Shown in pieces: positions 52,642-63,379 of a stretch of DNA of 64,000 bases. The position numbers were made by a program, and so were the translations under genes. Location of the stretch: NCBI GenBank assembly GCA_030867685.1, contig JAQOWU010000003.1, positions 744,001 to 808,000 of the forward strand, given 5' to 3'. How positions within the stretch are numbered: position 1 is the first letter of the stretch; each line of letters opens with the position of its first letter. Origin of the DNA: Wickerhamiella versatilis. Taxonomy: Eukaryota. The notes beneath the pieces are model-generated. The model searched no databases. It worked only from the letters and a program-made list of their open reading frames with translations, and was not told the DNA's origin.

Positions 52642-53502
52642 TTACCACTTAGTGAATTTTTCTGTACCTTGGAAAGGTAAACCAAATGCAGAAAGCAAGG
52701 TGCGGGCTTCTCGGTCAGTTTGAGCAGAAGTGCGGAAAAAAACATCTACACCAAAAGACTGGGGCCATAATTCAAGATTACCCTCAATTTCGGGGAACAA
52801 CCGCAAATCGTCAGGAGTCAGGCTGAAAACGACATTGCCATTCGAGTCCCCGGCTGTGTTTGAAATCCCGCGAAAAGTCTTCGAGCGTGGCAGTACCAGT
52901 TCAGTTAATGTACTCAAAAATTGGTTCATCGCCTGTCCAGTCAGCGTTACTTTGGATCCCATTGGCATCCCTGGCCGGAGGGTCCAAGCAGGTACGTTAG
53001 TCCGAGCGAAAACGTTTTTTGGCTTCTGTCCCGTAATCTGCTGGAGTTGCAATTTAGCTGCAATAGCCAGATCATGGTTCAGCGAGGCGGGCTTGACGAA
53101 GCAATTCAAGACTATACTGTTGAGTTGTGGAATGTTGCGCCAATCACGAACCTTTATATCTTTTGTTGCTTGGGTTCTACCGATAGGCGGGCGGTTAGGC
53201 TGGTAAAGTTGATACGGCGTTTCACCTTTTCGGACCATAGGCTTGTTCCCTGAAACACGTTTGGACCCATGGTCATAATTTATAAGAAGCATGTCCTCCT
53301 GAACTGTATCTAAATAATGCTGATGTACCCTGTCATGGCTGGTTTTCTGTGGCTGGAATCCAGCGCTCTGAACATGTGATTTGGGCTGCAAAACCCCAGG
53401 AAAACGTGTCATGAGCTGCGATTTCCGAAACCTGACAGTATGATGCACTGGTGGCACAATATTCACAGCCGTACGTCCCAGGTTGACCGCTGTTGGTCTC
53501 AT
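52642..53502 (-). CDS. MRPL7: Mitochondrial ribosomal protein uL5m
   Basis: QLQQITGQKP, LRPGMPMGSKVTL, FPEIE, ARTLLSAFGLPF. Start placed at ATG 53502. Confidence 0.9.
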   Translation of the reverse strand: MRPTAVNLGRTAVNIVPPVHHTVRFRKSQLMTRFPGVLQPKSHVQSAGFQPQKTSHDRVHQHYLDTVQEDMLLINYDHGSKRVSGNKPMVRKGETPYQLYQPNRPPIGRTQATKDIKVRDWRNIPQLNSIVLNCFVKPASLNHDLAIAAKLQLQQITGQKPKNVFARTNVPAWTLRPGMPMGSKVTLTGQAMNQFLSTLTELVLPRSKTFRGISNTAGDSNGNVVFSLTPDDLRLFPEIEGNLELWPQSFGVDVFFRTSAQTDREARTLLSAFGLPFQGTEKFTKW

Positions 53503-53671
53503 GTCGAAAGGTAGTTTTCCCTGAACTCTTACTAATATCCTTCCATATCTTAAGTCGATCAAAGGACAACACATTTTAAGTCAATATAAATTCCAATATA
53601 GATAATAAGAAAGCATATATCTCACTTAAAGTAGGAAACTATAGCTTTTCAGATCTCTATATGCCTATGTT

Positions 53672-56338
53672 TTATGACGCTTCACGTTCCATGTCTGTAA
53701 CCCTGTCACCAATACTTAGTGCGGGCCCCTGTGTCTTTGCACGGATACGAATATGGCCCACTACATGACCTCCGCTCAGCTCTACACTGAGGTTAGCGAG
53801 TGCATCCTCGCCAAAGCATGAACGCGCATAGAGATTGACCGACATAAACTGCGCCTCTGGTTCAGGCGCAGCATTCAAGCATGCCATGTTCGTCGCCTTT
53901 TTAACAGATTCTAAGTGTTCGCCAAGCGATGTCTCAGAAGAGCTTATTGCGACCTTATTTTCCCACTCAAACTCGCTCCACATGCGCAAGAACTCTGAGG
54001 AGGAACATTTTGCCGGCCGAATATAATCAAGAATATTAAGTCTTATTTCATTCAGTATCACAACTGTTCCTTCTCCAGCGGTTTTTCCCTCATATGCTAT
54101 GTTTCCAAATATGACACCAGAGTCGGCCGAGGACACTCGAATAGTAGTTCGCGCAGTGTGGAAGGACATCGGAGGGATATTTGCCGAAGGAGAACTTTCC
54201 AAAACCTTCAGATCTCCGCAAGTGAAAAACTCTACTGCCAGATTTTGAAGAGTATCAGTAGTTTGATTGAACAACATAACATCCAAGACAATGTCAGTTT
54301 GGTTCACCGTTAGAAGGGCCTCTGCATACACTGGATCACTGTAGCCAGTTAATTGATTTACCTGCTTCAACTGTGACTGAACCTTTTGAGGAACGACATC
54401 AATGTCGCTCTCCTCCTCAGTAGTCTCTTGGGGAAGAAGACGGAAGCGGACAGGCTCGTCTACAGCAACTTGCGATTGCTCGCTCTTCTCTCTACTCAGG
54501 GTAGCGACTCTCTCATTTTCAACCAGCGAGGCAAAAGCTTCATGTGGTTTTGTAAGGAAAATCTGCTTCTCCTCACTCGAACCGTTAAGAATGAGTGATA
54601 TACATCCATATATCCGCTCATAAGCATCTTCATTTAGACTTTCAAGACGCAATAGAGACGTCATAATTAATATGGCTTCCGCAGAACGAGCATTGGACTG
54701 AGCGCGTAGAGCAAGTTTTGTTATACATGCGGCAAGAGCATCCGCCAAAAAGTAATCGCGATCAGTTACAATCAGACGCCGAAGATGAAGCCCATCATCA
54801 ACCTTCGTTGGGACATCAAAAGCTGTTTCCGTTGCGTATGTTCCATCTGCCAGTACCTTCGGTTTTGTTGAGGTGGCCTGCTGTTCTGCAGAGCCAGATG
54901 AGCCCGAAATTTCTGAAACCGGCTCAGTCAAGGGGAGAGGTCCTAGCAGTTCACATAGAGTACTCCATGCACTTTCAGTATCGTCACAATATTCACCAAG
55001 GACCCATAGTGTGCCAAGGTACGCGCGAGACGTCCGCACACTTCCTAGATTTGCCAAAAGATGCGAAACAACTGTCGATCGCAAATTTGGGAAGAGTTCA
55101 ACAATTTCTTTGATGAAAGTAACGACACTTAGAGCACTCTCAGCATTGAAATCACCTAGGAATTCTAGTAGCAGATCCACAACAGAGGCAGTGACTTCCT
55201 CAAAGTCAATAGCAATCCTGTGAATTGCAGAAATAATCGCTTGACGATACTCGTCAGAGTTATCGTAATTACCTACAGTCTGCAACTCACGTTTCAGCAA
55301 TCTAATCACCTCATCAACGCTACGCCCAGTCACTAGTTCAAGCGCCAAATCCAGAGCCTGCTTACGCACACTGATATCTGGAGTGCTCAATACAAGAAGG
55401 ACATCCATCACAAGTCCAGAGAGTGCACCTGGTGCGCGTTTGTTCAGAGCTTCGACACGATTTAGCGAGATGACCTTTATATTGTTATCTGGCTCTGCAA
55501 CAGCAATGTCCACATACTTCTTTGCAACAGCAGCCAAAAGTGGAGGAGAGGACGACATAGAACTCAATGCGTTCGCTGCCGCATACGTCACTGCAGGGTC
55601 TGTTGAATCCAGACATGACTCAAGGATCGCAACGTACGCTGGCTGAGAATCTTGGCGCATCCAAGCAATAAAAGCTAACTGAACTTGTTCATCCAGTGAG
55701 GTGAACTGCGTGTAATTCTCATGGAAGTAGGCATAAGCTGCATCACGGTCGAGCCGTGAGATAGCCACAAAGGCATTACGAGCACACGTAGAATCATTCT
55801 CATTCGCCAAAAACTCCACTAAAAGCTCTGTCGCATCAGGTAAAAGATGGGAACTCGTCGGGTTTTGAGCAATCGCCAGAATAGTGAGTACCGCATTCTT
55901 GCGAACATAGGCATGTCGATGGTCAAGGCAAGCTCTGATAGTAGGCATAAGGGGTTCCAATAGTTCAGGTTCCTTGATTTTAGCCAGAAAACGAAGTGTC
56001 CCACCCCTCACATATTCGTTTGGGTGCTGCAAATCATTTCTGACTGCGTTGCACACCAAAATCATCTCGTGTCTGAGCTTGCCATCAGGACCAAGCTTTG
56101 GCACCATCTCCCAGTAGCGATAGAGTAGCTTCTTCAGCTGCTTGTCTTTTGAAGGAAGTACAAAGCGGATAACATCCATCAGAAGGTTTGGCAAGGCATC
56201 ACCGTTTAGCATCATGACAAGAACCTGCCGCATTGCGACAATCTTGTCGATATCAGCGCCCTTTTCCAGGCGCGATCTCAGTTCAGTTGTGGAAAGATGC
56301 GAGCCCCGAGGGGGTTCACTGATCACAGTGTAAACCAT
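53672..56338 (-). CDS. SEC26: Coatomer beta subunit (beta-COP)
   Basis: RNDLQHPNEYVRG, VLADGTYATE, QLTGYSDPVYAEA, MWSEFEWENK. Confidence 0.96.
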   Translation of the reverse strand: MVYTVISEPPRGSHLSTTELRSRLEKGADIDKIVAMRQVLVMMLNGDALPNLLMDVIRFVLPSKDKQLKKLLYRYWEMVPKLGPDGKLRHEMILVCNAVRNDLQHPNEYVRGGTLRFLAKIKEPELLEPLMPTIRACLDHRHAYVRKNAVLTILAIAQNPTSSHLLPDATELLVEFLANENDSTCARNAFVAISRLDRDAAYAYFHENYTQFTSLDEQVQLAFIAWMRQDSQPAYVAILESCLDSTDPAVTYAAANALSSMSSSPPLLAAVAKKYVDIAVAEPDNNIKVISLNRVEALNKRAPGALSGLVMDVLLVLSTPDISVRKQALDLALELVTGRSVDEVIRLLKRELQTVGNYDNSDEYRQAIISAIHRIAIDFEEVTASVVDLLLEFLGDFNAESALSVVTFIKEIVELFPNLRSTVVSHLLANLGSVRTSRAYLGTLWVLGEYCDDTESAWSTLCELLGPLPLTEPVSEISGSSGSAEQQATSTKPKVLADGTYATETAFDVPTKVDDGLHLRRLIVTDRDYFLADALAACITKLALRAQSNARSAEAILIMTSLLRLESLNEDAYERIYGCISLILNGSSEEKQIFLTKPHEAFASLVENERVATLSREKSEQSQVAVDEPVRFRLLPQETTEEESDIDVVPQKVQSQLKQVNQLTGYSDPVYAEALLTVNQTDIVLDVMLFNQTTDTLQNLAVEFFTCGDLKVLESSPSANIPPMSFHTARTTIRVSSADSGVIFGNIAYEGKTAGEGTVVILNEIRLNILDYIRPAKCSSSEFLRMWSEFEWENKVAISSSETSLGEHLESVKKATNMACLNAAPEPEAQFMSVNLYARSCFGEDALANLSVELSGGHVVGHIRIRAKTQGPALSIGDRVTDMEREAS

Positions 56339-56524
56339 GACGCGTGGCTGACTGAGTAAGTCCTGACTAACTTAGATTTCGGGTTGTCGCCTATAATCTC
56401 TATTATAGAAAAAAGAGAATTTTAAGACCAGCAGAACACAAAACCTCTGTAGTATCTATATTTTAGATTTTTCTTATCGATTGATATATTGGCATGCTTG
56501 ATGTTCTGCTCGAAAACATCCTTC

Positions 56525-57385
56525 TTAAATGTTTGCAGCACTCCAGTCCTCGTTCTTCCAAAACGCACGATAGTGAAACGACTTGCCAGTATTGGTTATT
56601 TTTGCATGGTCCTCCTTCTCTAACTCAAAGGTAAATATTTCCAAGGCTTCAGTGATATGATTGGACTTAGCGGAGGTAGTAATTGGCAGCACATCAGTTT
56701 CATAAACCCAACGTAACAAAATTTGACCTGGATTTTTTTTATACTTATCCGCAAGGTTAGCCAAGACTTCATCTAAAGGACCTTCACCTTTAGCACGAAC
56801 AATTGGCGTCAAAGGAGCATATGCAGTAACAAGAATTCCATTTTCATGACAAAACTTTACTATCTCTGGCGATTGATTTTGCAAATATGCGTGGTATTCG
56901 ATCTGGTTAACCATAGGCTTGACTTTCGCTACCTTGAGGATAGCCTGAAGATCTCCAACACGAAAGTTAGAAACTCCAATGGCTTTAGCACGGCCACTGT
57001 CGTATATCTTCTCCACCTCTAACCATTGCTTCACAATGTCAGCTTTGAACGGGGCGTGCAGCAAGTAAAGGTCGACATAGTCAACCCCTATTTTACTGAG
57101 CGATTCTTCGAAATGTGCTTGAACATCTGTCCCAGAAAATGGCTTCAATTTGGTGGTGATAAAAAGCTTCTCGCGATTTTTGCCCTTAATAGCTTCACCT
57201 AACTCTCTTTCAGTGTTGTACGTTTCAGCACCATCGAAGTGCGTAAAACCGAGCTCATAGGCATTATTGAGAGACTTAATCACTTCCGGATCCATATTTT
57301 CACCATTATTATACCATTTAGTACCAATTCCATATGCTACTGCAGGAATATTGTTGCCATTGGCTAAAGTGAATGTTGGAGTCAT
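56525..57385 (-). CDS. Aldo-keto reductase (conjugated polyketone reductase-like)
   Basis: Catalytic tetrad D/Y/K/H (DGAETY, ITTK, LLHAP), IGVSNF, NQIEYH. Confidence 0.88.
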   Translation of the reverse strand: MTPTFTLANGNNIPAVAYGIGTKWYNNGENMDPEVIKSLNNAYELGFTHFDGAETYNTERELGEAIKGKNREKLFITTKLKPFSGTDVQAHFEESLSKIGVDYVDLYLLHAPFKADIVKQWLEVEKIYDSGRAKAIGVSNFRVGDLQAILKVAKVKPMVNQIEYHAYLQNQSPEIVKFCHENGILVTAYAPLTPIVRAKGEGPLDEVLANLADKYKKNPGQILLRWVYETDVLPITTSAKSNHITEALEIFTFELEKEDHAKITNTGKSFHYRAFWKNEDWSAANI

Positions 57386-57599
57386 GATAACTATTCAGGA
57401 GAGAGCAATATTACAAATAAGCTATCTACACTAGAAATCAGAGTTACCATAGTTAGCTTCGCAGTGAGATTGGAAGTCGGCTAAAGAAAAATAACTAGAC
57501 CTTTGCTGGCTGATTTACACTTATCATATTTAAGTGGACGAGAATATGAAGTACCATGGTGAATATGCAGAACGAGTTATAGTTAAGACTTCTGTAAGC

Positions 57600-58151
57600 A
57601 TGATCACGTTTGTGACGGGAAACGCAAACAAACTTAAAGAAGTTCAAGCACTTCTGGGCACAGATGTGACAAATAAAAATGTTGATTTGGAGGAAGTTCA
57701 GGGCTCATATGAGCATATAATATGTCATAAAGCCCTTGCAGCAGCAGAAGACATCAAAGGTCCCGTGATGGTTGAGGACACTGCCCTCGAATTCGGTGCT
57801 TTCGGAGAGGAACTTCCAGGACCCTACATAAAATGGTTCTTGAAACAGCTGCACCCTGAAGGCTTGGTGAAATTGTTAGCAGGATTTGAAAACAAGTCTG
57901 CAACGGCCGTCTGCACTGTGGGCTATTGCGAGGGGCCTGGTGCACCTGTGAGAATATTCCAGGGCCGAACACAAGGATCAGCCGTAACACCACGGGGTCC
58001 CCAAACGTTCGGCTGGGATTGTATATTTGAGCCAGAGGGCTATAACCAGACGTATGCGGAGATGCCCAAGGATGAGAAAAATAAAATAAGTCATAGGGGA
58101 AAGGCCATGAAAGAATTTAGGGAATTTCTCCATGGAAACTCTGATAGTTAG
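57600..58151 (+). CDS. HAM1: Inosine triphosphate pyrophosphatase
   Basis: [34 protein letters not shown]. An upstream in-frame ATG exists at 57546. Confidence 0.93.
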   Translation: MITFVTGNANKLKEVQALLGTDVTNKNVDLEEVQGSYEHIICHKALAAAEDIKGPVMVEDTALEFGAFGEELPGPYIKWFLKQLHPEGLVKLLAGFENKSATAVCTVGYCEGPGAPVRIFQGRTQGSAVTPRGPQTFGWDCIFEPEGYNQTYAEMPKDEKNKISHRGKAMKEFREFLHGNSDS

Positions 58152-58246
58152 AGTATATTAAAATGTTAAGAGAATTACAGATTGCTTCTTGAAAACCGGA
58201 CATAATAAATAAGTTATGTATGGATAATAAAGTTGAGCTTCCTGTA

Positions 58247-58936
58247 CTATGTCAAAATGGGTAGTTCAGGAAGCTTTTTATAGCCGCAACGAGCAATCCA
58301 GGCTCTTCTTACTGTTGCATACGCTTGGTGAGTACGACCTTTGAAATGTTGAGCCAGGTGCTCATCAGTATCAGCGGCACCTAGTAATGCACCGCAAATC
58401 AAACAAGACTGTAATTTTTGCGGAGACGAGAAGTCAAGTTTATCGTGAAGATGCTTGATTTTACGTATTAAGTGATGCTTTTTTGTTGTCAGTTCGCTAA
58501 GAAGACTGAGATCGCGTAAAGCTTCGCTCATCAAGCCTGACGTTCCAAATAAATATATTTCGTGTTCCACGAGTAAAATTTGATCCTCAAGCTTCTTCTT
58601 CTTCTGATATGCTTCAATCAATTCCCGTTCCGAATTAGGTTCTATGGTAGCCGCTAACTTTTCCTCGTTATTAGCCAAGTTCTCCTTAAGACGCCCAATG
58701 ACTATTTCAAGTTGATGTAGAAAATAGTTTTCGTACTCTGGTAGTGGTCCTCTTTCTTCATATAGCATCCGGGCCCGTTCAATATGTTTTCGTGAGCAAT
58801 GGCCCAATTGTGGAAGAAGGGAGTAAACACAAAACTCCACGCAATACGCGGGACATATTTCTTTGCTTTGAAGATCTAACTCCTCATTATTAGAGCCCAT
58901 AAGCTGTTCCAGCTGCTGACGCTGTACTGAACTCAT
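58247..58936 (-). CDS. LUC7: U1 snRNP subunit Luc7 (divergent)
   Basis: QR..LEQLMG start, C3H zinc finger, coiled coil, QKLQSCLICGA...HFKGRTH zinc finger. Confidence 0.8.
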   Translation of the reverse strand: MSSVQRQQLEQLMGSNNEELDLQSKEICPAYCVEFCVYSLLPQLGHCSRKHIERARMLYEERGPLPEYENYFLHQLEIVIGRLKENLANNEEKLAATIEPNSERELIEAYQKKKKLEDQILLVEHEIYLFGTSGLMSEALRDLSLLSELTTKKHHLIRKIKHLHDKLDFSSPQKLQSCLICGALLGAADTDEHLAQHFKGRTHQAYATVRRAWIARCGYKKLPELPILT

Positions 58937-58978
58937 AGTGCAAGTCGCTGTGATGATTAGATAAACGGACAGTTTGGC

Positions 58979-59830
58979 ATGAAGTACCTGTGTTACCTTG
59001 GTATGGCTGCGGCCTGGACCATCTCCAAGGGTGGTGCTGCTATAGCTGGCGGTGATATTGGCGACCGAGTTTCTTTCTCTAGTATTCGTGAAGCTGGTGC
59101 ATTAGAACTTGGCCCGAAACGTAGTCTGGATGTTGGATTTCAAGTAGTTGAAGCACCACCTGCTCCTCAACAGGCTATGGTGAAAGTTGGCGACCAGCTA
59201 TTCAATGCTAAATTTCGCGGCAAGAATGCTAAAGTGGTAGTCCCTCATTCTTCGCTTTCTGGTGGTGATGGAACATTTCCTGTGGAGGTGATCGTTGGAT
59301 CGTCAGACGGCAAGCCTTTACGTGAATTTGCGTTTGAGGTGAAAGTTGTTGGTAGTAGTAAATCAGTTAGTGCGAGCCGACCTCTACAAATACTACCAGA
59401 GATATACCACCAGTTCAAAACTAAACCTCGTACCGTGAATCCCTTAGTCGCATTACTATTCTGTGGTATTATTGATCTCGGATTTGCTGCTTTGTTTTAT
59501 TCCTGGAATTCTGAGGTTGGTTTTAAGGTGCCACCAGCATCTGTGATTCCCTTTTTGGTATGCGTCACGCTCGTGGAATCTGTGTTTGTTGGTTATTTTA
59601 TAAACTGGAGCGTATTCAGAACATTGGGCGTTCTTGGATTTATATTGCCCTTTTTGCTTGTGACTGGACATGCAGCCTTACTATCTTTGAAGCCTACAGA
59701 GGTAGAAGCACCACCTATCAAAAGCTTGGCTGAAAAGTCTCATGAGATTCCAAAGAAAAATCAAGAAAGTTCTAAGTCACACAGTGATACTCCCACTTCT
59801 ACGCCAAAGCATAAAAGTTCTAAACGCTAG
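58979..59830 (+). CDS. SWP1: Oligosaccharyltransferase delta subunit (ribophorin II)
   Basis: Signal peptide, PQQAM, LPEIYHQFK..P, three C-terminal transmembrane helices. Confidence 0.8.
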   Translation: MKYLCYLGMAAAWTISKGGAAIAGGDIGDRVSFSSIREAGALELGPKRSLDVGFQVVEAPPAPQQAMVKVGDQLFNAKFRGKNAKVVVPHSSLSGGDGTFPVEVIVGSSDGKPLREFAFEVKVVGSSKSVSASRPLQILPEIYHQFKTKPRTVNPLVALLFCGIIDLGFAALFYSWNSEVGFKVPPASVIPFLVCVTLVESVFVGYFINWSVFRTLGVLGFILPFLLVTGHAALLSLKPTEVEAPPIKSLAEKSHEIPKKNQESSKSHSDTPTSTPKHKSSKR

Positions 59831-59982
59831 GTATTTCGTTTCTCTTAAAAAATAAGTTTACATTTTTTTCTCCAGTAAATCTTTAACACGTTTGAACGCT
59901 GAATCTACAAACTTGGAAGAATATTACAGTTCGCATGCACCATGTGATGTATAAAATGAAGGAGCTTGACCTGGCAAATACA

Positions 59983-60456
59983 TTACGCCTCATCTTCAAA
60001 TCCTCTTTCCAACCATCGCAGATTAAATCCTGAGCTAACCGCGAATACTCGGCCACGTATAAGCCCCATAGGCAGAGGTCCGTAGGATCTAGAATCAATA
60101 CTCTGAGACATATTATCCCCTGTGACCCAAACATGGCCCTCTGGTACTCTTACAATAGAGTTCGCATCCTTTAGTGGGTCAATGCAAAGGTAGTCACCTG
60201 GCATACCACATATTCGCTTGCAGACACGTTGGACAGGGTTGGTGGGCTTTGACGCAATTATAATGTCCCCAACATCACAACCACGACCAAATTTAGCCAG
60301 CTTTGATGTGTGAACATAATCGCCAGAATAGTTCAATGTAGGGAGCATGCTTTCACCATATGTCTCACAAAGTTCATATACATCATTTCTCATTACATGT
60401 ACTGCACACCCTATGCGAAGAGCACATGAGAATGTACGCCCTACAGCAGAGAGCAT
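59983..60456 (-). CDS. IMP1: Mitochondrial inner membrane peptidase subunit 1
   Basis: Catalytic GESMLPT and KRI, VPEGHVWVTGDN, DSRSYG.LPMGLI. Confidence 0.9.
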   Translation of the reverse strand: MLSAVGRTFSCALRIGCAVHVMRNDVYELCETYGESMLPTLNYSGDYVHTSKLAKFGRGCDVGDIIIASKPTNPVQRVCKRICGMPGDYLCIDPLKDANSIVRVPEGHVWVTGDNMSQSIDSRSYGPLPMGLIRGRVFAVSSGFNLRWLERGFEDEA

Positions 60457-60516
60457 GGCATCAATACCCTACCAACGTCGTCAACGTACCTTAGTAATCA
60501 CAGGAAAAGTTCGGCA

Positions 60517-60957
60517 ATGGCCAAGGAGGAAGGAGCTGATCACTATGACGAACGCTTGCCAGCGGTTCTACCTTTCTCACATCCCCTTGCCTCTAAAAAA
60601 CTCAATAAGAAGGTTTTGAAGACGGTCAAACGAGCCTCGAAGTCTAAGCAAGCTAAGCGAGGCGTGAAAGAGGTAGTAAAAGCTTTGCGTAAAGGGGACA
60701 AGGGACTTGTTATTGTTGCTGGTGATATCTGGCCGATGGATGTAATCTGTCATCTTCCTGTTCTCTGTGAAGATCATAAAGTACCATATGTCTTCGTGCC
60801 ATCTAAGGAAGACCTTGGACATGCTGGTTCCACAAAACGACCAACCTCTTGTGTGATGGTGGCTCCTGGTAGCTCGCAGATCAAGGATAAGAGCAAAGCT
60901 GAGGAGTTTGAGAAGGGTTATGATGAGGTTGTGAAGGAGGTAGAAAGCTTATCTTGA
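60517..60957 (+). CDS. NHP2: H/ACA snoRNP protein Nhp2
   Basis: L7Ae-family motifs KRGVKEVVKALRKG, DVICHLPVLCED, TKRPTS. Confidence 0.95.
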   Translation: MAKEEGADHYDERLPAVLPFSHPLASKKLNKKVLKTVKRASKSKQAKRGVKEVVKALRKGDKGLVIVAGDIWPMDVICHLPVLCEDHKVPYVFVPSKEDLGHAGSTKRPTSCVMVAPGSSQIKDKSKAEEFEKGYDEVVKEVESLS

Positions 60958-61063
60958 AACATATTGTATAACTAGAGTTAATTATGCAAAGAGACCTTAA
61001 GTCGCATATATCCAAATTTACAAATATTTTAATATTCTAGCTTTTTTCTTTTAATTTAGAGCC

Positions 61064-63052
61064 CTAACTCTGAATTTTTTTAGAAACCCATTTCTCCAGT
61101 CCTTCTGCAACAATGATTTCTTGCATACTTTCGCCGAGTTCTCCAACCTTTTGCTTCAAGATAACGTTAGAGCCATCGCTAACTGTGAAAAGAGCATTTC
61201 TAACGTCCCAACGCGCCATCAGATTAGTGGGAACGGTCGGTGACTTATCGGTAATGGTTTCGCGAAGCAACTGAACTAGAGCTGGAATCTCTAAGGTCAG
61301 AAGGGCATTGTTAATAGCATTACGTCCAAAAATATTACCGAAAGAGCCAGAAACAACCATTGAGATGCCTTTAGCCAAGATTGCAGTTGCTGCCTGCTCC
61401 CGGCTAGAACCCGTTCCGAAGTTAAAGCCGCTTACGATGATATCCCCAGGCTTCGTTAATTCCCTAAAGTTGGGGTCATAGTTTTCCATGCAAACTTCGG
61501 CCATTTTGGCTTTCGGAATATCGTCTTGATAAGTGTATTTTCCAGGATAGATCGCATCAGTGTTGACATTGTCTGCATCGCAAAACACTATGCGTCCCTC
61601 AATTACCTCAGGGAAACCTGGAAGGATATCTGTTTCCTCTGTGGAACCTGACTGCGTAGGTGGAGGATTTACTTTCACTGATTTTACAACTTCGTGTGTT
61701 TTTGGACATTCCTTACCCACGAGCTCCTCTGGGGAGCCTATATACCCCAATATCGCACTAGCAGCCACGAGTTCTGGTGATGCAAGGTACGCTAACGCCT
61801 CTCGAGATCCCATTCTACCTTTGAAGTTCCGATTTGTGGCACTGATTCCGACCTCACCGGGTTCCAATAACCCTGCACCTAGCCCGATACAAGGGCCACA
61901 TCCAGCGGGTAGAGGTATAGCACCAGCATCTAGTAGTGTTTGCCAGGCTCCTGCATGCTCAGCGTTCTCTTGAACTTGGGATGATGCAGCAGCAACGTAG
62001 AACTGGACACCAGGAGCTACATGGCGGTCTTTTACTACAGCCGCAGCAGCCTCGATATCAGAAAGCCTTGAGTTAGTACAGGATACCAGGTAAGCTTTAT
62101 TAACCTTGATTTTTTGTTCAGAAAGTGTGGAGAGGGGCGTTGATACCTTGACAGAATTCGGTCCGCTGACGCAGGGACTCAAACTTCCTAAATCTAGGGT
62201 AAGCTCCTTTGCATAGTATGCATCTGGATCTGACTGGATAATTTGAAGATTATCAACTCGAGAAGCATTGATCCTAGCATGTGGCTGGGGAAGATCATGC
62301 ACGCGCTGGTGGTACCATTCAAGAGTAGTGCTATCAATTGGAAATAGTCCTGTCAGAGCCCCCCATTCAGTGGTCATGTTGGCTATAGTAAGTCTTTCAT
62401 CTATCGAAAGACTGGATACGCCATCACCAACGAATTCAAGTGCGTGATTTAATACCTCATCGTGATTGAATAAACCACATAGTGCTACGATAACATCTTT
62501 ACCTGAAACCCCAGCAGGTAGAGATCCTTGAAGATGTATTCTGGCCACGGGAGGGATCTGCCACCAAGTCACCCCTGTCGCCCATATCGCAGCAGCATCA
62601 GTTCTCACAACAGGAGTACCCAAACAGCCTATTCCTCCATATGTGTTACTGTGAGAGTCTGAGGCCACTGTGAGATTATAAGGAAATGCATATCCCTCCT
62701 CAATCATAATCTGATGACCTATACCTCGACCGGCAGGATAAAAATCGACACCTTGGTCCTTCGCAAACTGTTGAATATTCCGATACTTAGCAAGGTTTTT
62801 TTCACTATGGTTTTGAACATCATGATCTAGGGTCATCACAACTTGCCGATTATCTGAAATCTTTGAAGCACCAAGACTTTTAAACTTCAGAGCAACCGGC
62901 CAAGAGTTATCATGCGTCATACAATGAGACGGCCTTATTGAGACATAATCACCCGAGTGAACGTCTTTTTTAGCTCCGACAGCATATCTCTGAATGATCT
63001 TTTCTGTCAGATTCTGCGCGAGCCTAGTTCTACCCGTCGAGAAACGTCGCAT
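61064..63052 (-). CDS. LYS4: Homoaconitase, mitochondrial
   Basis: [40 protein letters not shown]. Confidence 0.96.
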   Translation of the reverse strand: MRRFSTGRTRLAQNLTEKIIQRYAVGAKKDVHSGDYVSIRPSHCMTHDNSWPVALKFKSLGASKISDNRQVVMTLDHDVQNHSEKNLAKYRNIQQFAKDQGVDFYPAGRGIGHQIMIEEGYAFPYNLTVASDSHSNTYGGIGCLGTPVVRTDAAAIWATGVTWWQIPPVARIHLQGSLPAGVSGKDVIVALCGLFNHDEVLNHALEFVGDGVSSLSIDERLTIANMTTEWGALTGLFPIDSTTLEWYHQRVHDLPQPHARINASRVDNLQIIQSDPDAYYAKELTLDLGSLSPCVSGPNSVKVSTPLSTLSEQKIKVNKAYLVSCTNSRLSDIEAAAAVVKDRHVAPGVQFYVAAASSQVQENAEHAGAWQTLLDAGAIPLPAGCGPCIGLGAGLLEPGEVGISATNRNFKGRMGSREALAYLASPELVAASAILGYIGSPEELVGKECPKTHEVVKSVKVNPPPTQSGSTEETDILPGFPEVIEGRIVFCDADNVNTDAIYPGKYTYQDDIPKAKMAEVCMENYDPNFRELTKPGDIIVSGFNFGTGSSREQAATAILAKGISMVVSGSFGNIFGRNAINNALLTLEIPALVQLLRETITDKSPTVPTNLMARWDVRNALFTVSDGSNVILKQKVGELGESMQEIIVAEGLEKWVSKKIQS

Positions 63053-63379
63053 TTAAGTGACTAATTTGGAGACAGCCGAAAGGATTTTTTTGGCTTGACT
63101 TAACAGTACAGAATTTAGATAAAGCTGGAGTTGATAGTTGATAGATTTTGCATTACCAATGAGAAAAGATACTTATGCTTTTTCTCTCAGGTCAGCGATC
63201 TTGAATCGGGGTCTTCTGATTCGTCGGTCCCACTTCATCCACAATACACACATTACGGTGGATTTCCAGGATCATACCTCGGATTTTAAGTGAGCTACGA
63301 CGAAAATAATACCTTTACCGCCATTAATAAATGTCTAATCCTTCCTCCAGAGTAAAAAATGGCTAAATCACTACACAAT

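Noticed and set aside
56356-56375. GTAAGT...ACTAAC.TAG micro-intron look-alike
   Set aside because: Only 20 nt long, on the strand opposite SEC26, and explained by two adjacent bZIP-like sites.
2011-57385. Horizontal transfer candidates (MsrB, MDR, Nudix, AKR, HemK)
   Set aside because: Their motifs look like ordinary fungal family members, and there is no operon-like cluster. Phylogenies were not run.
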